Source of the DNA: a virus
Reading direction: 5' to 3' (one strand)
DNA length: 64,000 nt
Virus record (IMG/VR): IMGVR_UViG_3300008107_000014
Coordinates: 32,001-96,000 of that record
Shown: positions 58,315 through 64,000 of the stretch, in pieces
Position numbering within the stretch: position 1 is the first letter of the stretch
Layout: every line of letters starts with the position of its first letter
Notes under the pieces: model-generated
What the model was told of the DNA's origin: nothing
The model's database searches: none
What the model saw: the letters and a program-made list of their open reading frames with translations, nothing else
Program-made: the position numbers and the translations under genes

Positions 58315-58372
58315 TATTTATCGACGCAAAAAATTAACGTAACTTATAACTTTCTGTCCAAAACGTTAAATA
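58315..58372. promoter_or_regulatory. Divergent TAAATA late-promoter-like pair
   Basis: ATAAATA on the minus strand (58315-58321) and TAAATA on the plus strand (58367-58372) between divergent genes. Confidence 0.45.
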
Positions 58373-58442
58373 ACTTTGTGTTCGGTCCCGGGCACTACGG
58401 TCAGAAGGTCCGTGCCGAACGCATAAAATAGGAGGCTAACCT

Positions 58443-59180
58443 TTGAGAAAACAGAGAAAAACAGCTAGAAAGCTGGATGTAATGCACGAAGACGACAACA
58501 ACGTTGTTCAGTTCAACAAGTATCTTCCAAGAAAGAAGAATCGCGTTTTAATTTCACCCAAGAACCTCAATCAAGAAAACTACCTACTTAAATTACAGGA
58601 CGAGCAAAAAAATATTATTTTTGCAGTAGGTCCTGCCGGTACGGGCAAAACCATGATTGCGTGTCAATGGGCAGTAAAAATGCTGCATGAACAACAAATT
58701 GAAAGAATCATTATAACCAGACCTGCTGTGAGTGTAGATGAGCAGCACGGGTTTTTACCAGGCGACCTAAATGAAAAAATGGCCCCTTGGACAAGACCCC
58801 TAATGGATGTGTTCGAGGAATACTTCAATGCTAAAGAAATCGAAACTTTTATTCGTGAGGGGGTGATCGAGATTAGCCCTTTAGCATATATGAGGGGAAG
58901 GACTTTTAAGAATGCACTAGTAATTGCAGATGAAATGCAAAATGCCACACCTAGTCAAATGAAGATGCTGCTAACTAGGCTGGGCCAAGACTCTAGGATG
59001 ATAATTACGGGAGATTTGAATCAAGCAGACAGACCAACAACTAACGGCCTGCTAGAGTTTTTGAAATTATACGACAATTTTGATAATCATAGGTATGTTG
59101 ACTTATGTCGATTTACAGCTAAAGACGTAGAACGCCACCAGGCGGTTAAGGAGATTTTAGCAATTTACGGCGACTCTTGA
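58443..59180 (+). CDS. phoH: PhoH-like ATPase
   Basis: GPAGTGKT, ITRPAV, GFLPGDL, YMRGRTF, DEMQN and GDLNQAD. TTG start after GGAGG. Confidence 0.92.
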   Translation: MRKQRKTARKLDVMHEDDNNVVQFNKYLPRKKNRVLISPKNLNQENYLLKLQDEQKNIIFAVGPAGTGKTMIACQWAVKMLHEQQIERIIITRPAVSVDEQHGFLPGDLNEKMAPWTRPLMDVFEEYFNAKEIETFIREGVIEISPLAYMRGRTFKNALVIADEMQNATPSQMKMLLTRLGQDSRMIITGDLNQADRPTTNGLLEFLKLYDNFDNHRYVDLCRFTAKDVERHQAVKEILAIYGDS

Positions 59181-59413
59181 GGTAAGTGGGGGGTCAATTG
59201 ATCCCCCAACTGCCGTTTATAAAAATCAAGCATGTCCTCAAACCCTGCTTCAGGGTTTAGTCCATTCTTAACACATGTCTTATTTTTGAAGTCAAGTATA
59301 ACCTTTGCTGTTTGTACATGACTGGTCTTAAGACTATTTTTGAACTCCGTTAGTTCATCCCACTTACCATTGGGTTTTTTAATATAGGTTACAATCATAT
59401 ACCGTGCTGTCAT
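59165..59413 (-). CDS. Hypothetical protein
   Basis: Intact ORF with convergent overlap with phoH. Confidence 0.55.
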   Translation of the reverse strand: MTARYMIVTYIKKPNGKWDELTEFKNSLKTSHVQTAKVILDFKNKTCVKNGLNPEAGFEDMLDFYKRQLGDQLTPHLPQESP

Positions 59414-59414
59414 A

Positions 59415-60329
59415 TTAAATCCTTGACAGCCGAATTAATGTAGCGGCTAGATTAATTTCCGGGTCACTTACTAGTCCGTGATCTGCAAGTCCTGCTTTAA
59501 TAACCAACAATGCAGAATCTTGTTTAGCATCATCACCAAATACTTGAATGTTATCGTACATCCATCGATACATGTCTTCCATTTCTTCTGCACGAAGTTT
59601 TCCGCATAGCAATTTACGTGCTTCTGCAATACGCCCTGTTTTAAACAGGTCAATCATAGTAAACTTCCAGTCCATGTCAGCAGCATCTGCCTTGTTTGGA
59701 GGTACTAGTTTATCTTCATGAACACTTTGTTGAACTAAATTGATGCATTTACGCAGGTCTGGGTATGTAGAACTTATGTAGATGTCCAGTGTGTCTAAAT
59801 CAAACTCAACATTTTCTTCAACAAGGATAGTTGCAACACGAGCAGTGAACTCTGTTTGATCAATTTTCTCAAAGTGAAATTGTTGGCACCGACTCTTAAG
59901 TGCATCCATGATCATATGCGGCTTGTTGCAGGTTAAAATAAACCTTGCTGTGCTATGAAATTCTTCCATAACACCACGCATACTTGCCTGCGCTTCTTGT
60001 GTAAGATAATCTGCTTCGTCTAGCAATACAACCTTAAACGGACCAAACGGAATCATTGATACAAAGTTTGTAATTGTATCACGAATAGTATCAATACCAC
60101 GTTGACGGCTTGCGTTAATTTCTAATACATCGTAATCTTCAATGCCAATTTCGTGAATTAGCATTTTTGCCATGGTAGTTTTTCCAATGCCAGGCGGTCC
60201 ACTTAGCAATAAGTGAGGAATACTTTTATCTTTGACCCAGGACTCAACAGTTTTACGTTGATTGTCATCACGCCATACATATCCGCCTAGTTTATTAGGA
60301 CGGTATTTTTCTACCCATAGTTCTTTCAT
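59415..60329 (-). CDS. Clamp loader ATPase subunit (RFC small/gp44-like)
   Basis: WVEKYRP, GPPGIGKTT, EINAS, LDEADYL and SRC. Confidence 0.92.
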   Translation of the reverse strand: MKELWVEKYRPNKLGGYVWRDDNQRKTVESWVKDKSIPHLLLSGPPGIGKTTMAKMLIHEIGIEDYDVLEINASRQRGIDTIRDTITNFVSMIPFGPFKVVLLDEADYLTQEAQASMRGVMEEFHSTARFILTCNKPHMIMDALKSRCQQFHFEKIDQTEFTARVATILVEENVEFDLDTLDIYISSTYPDLRKCINLVQQSVHEDKLVPPNKADAADMDWKFTMIDLFKTGRIAEARKLLCGKLRAEEMEDMYRWMYDNIQVFGDDAKQDSALLVIKAGLADHGLVSDPEINLAATLIRLSRI

Positions 60330-60517
60330 TCTTTTGCCTTATTAATAATGTCTTGTGTTATTGTACTATTTCTACTGTCAAAGAGCGAGCATTCATGTAA
60401 TCTATCAGCACAGTTTCGGATATCGTCATGTAATTGACCTACGCCAATTTCTTCCGCCACTGTGCGAGCAATTTCGTGTAATGCAATTACTGCATCTACT
60501 AATTTAAGATTTCTCAT
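60326..60517 (-). CDS. Hypothetical protein
   Basis: Coupled small ORF. Confidence 0.5.
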   Translation of the reverse strand: MRNLKLVDAVIALHEIARTVAEEIGVGQLHDDIRNCADRLHECSLFDSRNSTITQDIINKAKE

Positions 60518-61312
60518 TTATTTTCTGTGTTTTTTATTAATCGACTCGACTCGTTGCATTAATTCAAAGTCAAGACCTAGTTCTATGCTTTCCTCTATTA
60601 TAGCAGCTATATCTTTAGGAAAGCAAGCACCGCCCCAACCAAATTGCCCATCGGGGCCAGGAACATCCATGTGACTCTTACCAATACGATCTTCATATGT
60701 AATCAGAGTTTTAACATCGTTCCAATCAATTCCCTCGGCATCTGCAAGCAATTTAAAATCATTCATGAACGTTACTTTTGTTGCCAGGTAACTGTTCATC
60801 ATGTATTTGTATAGTGCGGCAGTTTTTATATCAGTAATAATAAATCTATCATGTGTAACTGATACACCAAGATGAATAACCTCTCGGGCCCTTACACACC
60901 AATCGTATTGACCGCCTAGCACAAAATATTCTGTGTTCATGTAGTCGGTGAGGTTATTTGCAGCAGTTAAAAACTCTGGACAATGCACAATGTTAGGATA
61001 TTCTTTTTGTAAACGTGCATATACACTAGGTGGAGCAGTTGTTTTACAGATGATTGGAATTTGTTTATTAATTAAAACAAACAATAATTTTTTGAGTGTT
61101 TGTTCTAGTATTGACGTGTCGCACTTACCGTTCTCTAGAGTAGAGTCTACACAGGGACTAGGAACACAGACAAATACTGCATCACAGTCTACAAATTTGT
61201 CTAAGTCAGCGGATGCTTTTAATTTTGGATCTCGAATAATAATATCCTGATCTCTGTGGGCCCAGGCAATTGCACCGCCCACATAACCAAATCCTATAAT
61301 ACCAATTCGCAT
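60518..61312 (-). CDS. UDP-glucose/GDP-mannose dehydrogenase family protein (lacks C-terminal domain)
   Basis: GFGYVG, FVCVPSP, PEFL, KYMMNSYLATK and GWGGACFPKD. Confidence 0.82.
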   Translation of the reverse strand: MRIGIIGFGYVGGAIAWAHRDQDIIIRDPKLKASADLDKFVDCDAVFVCVPSPCVDSTLENGKCDTSILEQTLKKLLFVLINKQIPIICKTTAPPSVYARLQKEYPNIVHCPEFLTAANNLTDYMNTEYFVLGGQYDWCVRAREVIHLGVSVTHDRFIITDIKTAALYKYMMNSYLATKVTFMNDFKLLADAEGIDWNDVKTLITYEDRIGKSHMDVPGPDGQFGWGGACFPKDIAAIIEESIELGLDFELMQRVESINKKHRK

Positions 61313-61314
61313 AG

Positions 61315-61551
61315 TTAAGACTTTAAAATCTTAATTATACGCTTTTGTTCTTGTTCAGTCAACCATTGTTCTTCGTCTGCAAAGGTGGGGCATTGTTTTA
61401 ATGCTTCGTCTAACACAAATTTTAGTTGATACAGATCTTGTTTAGCATACCATTGCGTGTATCCGTCATTATACGGACTAATACAGGTAGCTGCTATTGC
61501 TCGGATTTGGGAGCTAACATCGCTAGCATCCCAGTTCTTTTTAAACCCCAT
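61315..61551 (-). CDS. Hypothetical protein
   Basis: Coupled ORF. Confidence 0.55.
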   Translation of the reverse strand: MGFKKNWDASDVSSQIRAIAATCISPYNDGYTQWYAKQDLYQLKFVLDEALKQCPTFADEEQWLTEQEQKRIIKILKS

Positions 61552-61910
61552 TACTTTTTAAGGAATGGTACCAGATTAGGTGCAACCCACCCAAGTGGTT
61601 TAAGAACTTTACCGTCTTCACGCTTACGAACTTTGCCAGTATCTTTATCAATCTTAGCAAAATTAGTCTGCATAACTTCTTTCCATGCACCTTCGGCATC
61701 GAATCCTGCACTATGAATAGCACCTATAGTTACAACTAAGATATCAATTAGTGCATCTAGTTCAGCCTCCATGTCAAAGGCTTCTTGAAGTTCTTTAAAT
61801 TCTTCATCGATTAAACTCTTGTACATGTTGTACTGTGCTTCATCGAATGCGTCCACGCTTTGATCACACGCCCGCATGAACTTTTCTTGATCTCTAAAAG
61901 GGTTTGTCAT
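61551..61910 (-). CDS. MazG-like / all-alpha NTP pyrophosphohydrolase
   Basis: LIDEEFKEL..ELDALIDILVV..TNFAK..REDGKVLKP. Confidence 0.8.
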   Translation of the reverse strand: MTNPFRDQEKFMRACDQSVDAFDEAQYNMYKSLIDEEFKELQEAFDMEAELDALIDILVVTIGAIHSAGFDAEGAWKEVMQTNFAKIDKDTGKVRKREDGKVLKPLGWVAPNLVPFLKK

Positions 61911-62299
61911 TTGTTTTCCAATCTATAAGCATCCACAGCCTGCGGAACGTCAAACGTTTTAGCAATATGAACACCGTCTGGTTTTTCTTTAGACCACATT
62001 AAAATACATTTAAGGTCCACCATTCGAATTGTTGTTGGTTCTAGATCTTCGTCTTCGGCATAATCAATGCCTCGAGTCCATCGACCGTGTTCAATAAGAA
62101 TCCAGTCACCAACTTCAAAGTCCTCTGTACTAGATGGACCCTTGGCATAAACTTGACCCCAACGAGGATATATACCGCGATCTTTTCCGTCATCGCCCAT
62201 AATGACGATCCCTCCGCTAGAATGCTGTTCGCCAAAGTGCATATTATGCACAATGACCTTGTCATTGATAGCGCGAAGCTTACCTCTAACTTTACCCAT
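61907..62299 (-). CDS. GroES-like co-chaperonin
   Basis: LRAINDKVIV..SSGGIVI..GQVYAKGP..VGDWIL. Confidence 0.8.
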   Translation of the reverse strand: MGKVRGKLRAINDKVIVHNMHFGEQHSSGGIVIMGDDGKDRGIYPRWGQVYAKGPSSTEDFEVGDWILIEHGRWTRGIDYAEDEDLEPTTIRMVDLKCILMWSKEKPDGVHIAKTFDVPQAVDAYRLENK

Positions 62300-62301
62300 T
62301 A

Positions 62302-62529
62302 TTAGCCTTTCGTGCGTTTGCTGGTTTCTTCTTCGATTGCTCGAGCATTATCTTTATAATAATCTTTGAGAATATCTTCTCTTGTTCTGATAATTTTACC
62401 ATTATCGCCAATCTCGTCTCCGCGAGCATTGACTTTCATATTTCCAATTGCAGGAGTTAATTCGTTCTTAATTGAAAGCTTCTCCATGTCAATTACCTTA
62501 CCTTGCATACTTGTATAAACATTACCCAT
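62302..62529 (-). CDS. Hypothetical protein
   Basis: AGGAG RBS. ..GNMKVNARGDEIG.. Confidence 0.6.
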   Translation of the reverse strand: MGNVYTSMQGKVIDMEKLSIKNELTPAIGNMKVNARGDEIGDNGKIIRTREDILKDYYKDNARAIEEETSKRTKG

Positions 62530-62530
62530 T

Positions 62531-63010
62531 CTATTCTCCTTTGAAGAACTCGCCTATTGGCAGATTGTATTTAACACTATCTATCTTGTGTACCCCTATC
62601 AAATAGAGTACATAACTTGCTACACTACTTCCCCGCCCAACTCCCCAAACTATATTATTTTCTCTAAGAGTATCTACGATATATTTCATAACGTGTAATA
62701 CATCGTACATTCCGTGTTTTATGAATAACGTTAATTCCATGCTCACGCGATCAGTTTGTTCCGGAGTTGTGCAACACCCGTACAAATATTCTGTTAAGTT
62801 TGGATAATAGTCATTGGGAATAAACCATTTAGAAATATCTATTTCTGTTACTGGTTTTGGATAATTTAAAAATTTTTCTGTTAGATTTTCAAAATACTGT
62901 GAAACATCAACATTGTTTGAATCGTAGACGCAGTCATTAAGGACTTCTGGTCCAAAATTTAATACGCCTTCGATTAAGTCTTCGGTTGTGTTTACTGTAT
63001 TAGTCGACAT
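62531..63010 (-). CDS. Stand-alone fragment of DNA polymerase III alpha (DnaE)
   Basis: RVSMEL..YIVDTLRENNIVWGVGRGSSVASYVLYLIGVHKIDSVKYNL. Confidence 0.75.
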   Translation of the reverse strand: MSTNTVNTTEDLIEGVLNFGPEVLNDCVYDSNNVDVSQYFENLTEKFLNYPKPVTEIDISKWFIPNDYYPNLTEYLYGCCTTPEQTDRVSMELTLFIKHGMYDVLHVMKYIVDTLRENNIVWGVGRGSSVASYVLYLIGVHKIDSVKYNLPIGEFFKGE

Positions 63011-63236
63011 TAATTAATTGATCCAGGTCTCTATCTTGGCCACTTTGTAATTTGCTTCTAAAGCGATTACTTAGTTCACTTTTGTATATTGTAACAAAAG
63101 TAGAGAGCTGTGTCAACAATTCTTGGTTGCCCGTGCGGGCCGCTATGAAATATTTCTTTGTAAGATCTTGAAGGCGATCTTCAACTTCGTTGTCTTTTAA
63201 TTGACTAAGATCGCCTTCAAATGGATGAAAAAACAT
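63000..63236 (-). CDS. Hypothetical protein
   Basis: ATG 63236, TAATG-coupled. Confidence 0.55.
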   Translation of the reverse strand: MFFHPFEGDLSQLKDNEVEDRLQDLTKKYFIAARTGNQELLTQLSTFVTIYKSELSNRFRSKLQSGQDRDLDQLINVD

Positions 63237-63832
63237 TAGACAAACGTTCCCACGTAGTTCAAAAAGATAGTGTTTGCATTGTTTGACCAAACTTCTATGA
63301 TTACCGGATTGGTTGCTGATGTTACCTTAACTGGATTTGGAAAACTAACAGTTGAATTTGTAGAAGTAGTTACAACACTGCGTTTAAAAGTTGTACCACC
63401 TTGAGCAATCAGTGTAAGAGTTCTTTCGGTGCCGTCACCGTAGAGTTCTAAAGTAACTTTTCCGCAACCTACAGATGGAAAATTTAAGAATGCAACGTTA
63501 ACACTAGCATCAAATCTATAAATTTGGTAATGCCCATTTAAGAAGTCAACGTTAGCAATGCCATCGACGGTAAATTCACTGCCAACAGTGCCGGCATTGT
63601 GAGCATATTCTAGATTATTCTGTAAAACAGCATTTCTAATTTTAACGCCTGCAAAATCGTTGTCCGTATTTGTTCTAGCGGTATTAGCCTGTAAACTTGT
63701 AATTTCGTCATACGCATCGAGAAAGTTTTGTTTGATGGTATTAAAATTATCTCTAAAAGTTTGAGTATCGTTGTCCTGTCCTGCAATAGGGAAATTTTCG
63801 TTTATCCCTGCATAATTTATGTTACTAGTCAT
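63236..63832 (-). CDS. Putative virion structural protein
   Basis: INENFPIAGQDNDTQTFRDNF N-terminus and beta-rich C-terminus. Preceded by ATAAATA (63866-63872). Confidence 0.5.
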   Translation of the reverse strand: MTSNINYAGINENFPIAGQDNDTQTFRDNFNTIKQNFLDAYDEITSLQANTARTNTDNDFAGVKIRNAVLQNNLEYAHNAGTVGSEFTVDGIANVDFLNGHYQIYRFDASVNVAFLNFPSVGCGKVTLELYGDGTERTLTLIAQGGTTFKRSVVTTSTNSTVSFPNPVKVTSATNPVIIEVWSNNANTIFLNYVGTFV

Positions 63833-63999
63833 TTAAGTTTTTCTCCACGCTGCGGAAATGCAATGTATTTATCCCCTACATTTTTGTTGAGATAATCTAT
63901 GACAATTCTGTCTGCTTCAAAGTTAATTAGCTTGAAGTCAAATCCGCTGGCTTTAATTTTGGTTACAATTTCTGCTGCTTTGCCAGGTTTAGCATAGCA
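63829..63999 (-). CDS. C-terminal end of a gene truncated by the window edge (likely structural)
   Basis: Open frame CYAKPGKAAEIV..DKYIAFPQRGEKLK* with ATGA overlap. Confidence 0.55.
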   Translation of the reverse strand, partial: CYAKPGKAAEIVTKIKASGFDFKLINFEADRIVIDYLNKNVGDKYIAFPQRGEKLK

Positions 64000-64000
64000 G

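Noticed and set aside
1-64000. CRISPR array, tRNA/rRNA genes, IS elements, introns or inteins
   Set aside because: No regularly spaced repeats, cloverleaf or transposase motifs were seen. Intergenic gaps are short, and PolB and ClpA have normal lengths. A tRNAscan/Infernal run would be needed to be certain.
1-64000. Stop-codon reassignment (alternative genetic code)
   Set aside because: Coding density is near complete under the standard code and the core enzymes are full length.

Overview
A 64 kb, AT-rich, gene-dense segment of a large (probably jumbo) tailed dsDNA phage genome in the standard genetic code. The spanin pair suggests a Gram-negative host. The + strand block (1-24.5 kb) holds baseplate/tail-fibre genes followed by an ~12 kb tailoring island: several glycosyltransferase-like genes, a GDP-mannose 3,5-epimerase-like enzyme, a radical SAM enzyme, a 2OG-Fe(II) oxygenase and a methyltransferase. 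The - strand block (24.5-64 kb) holds RNase H, a 7-deazaguanine DNA-modification cluster (queE, folE, queD-like, dpdA-like) with an embedded GT-B glycosyltransferase resembling queuosine mannosyltransferase GTDC1/QTMAN, and sliding clamp plus family B DNA polymerase. It continues with a run of proteins sharing a T4-like capsid-targeting N-terminus, ClpA/deformylase/DnaJ, a lysis cassette, PhoH (the only + strand gene), clamp loader, GroES and a DnaE fragment. Regulatory signals read from the sequence include TAAATA late-promoter-like motifs, sigma70 promoters built into terminator hairpins, and twin hairpins before the DNA polymerase RBS. No CRISPR array, tRNA, rRNA or IS was recognised. All functional calls rest on motif recognition by eye, not database searches.
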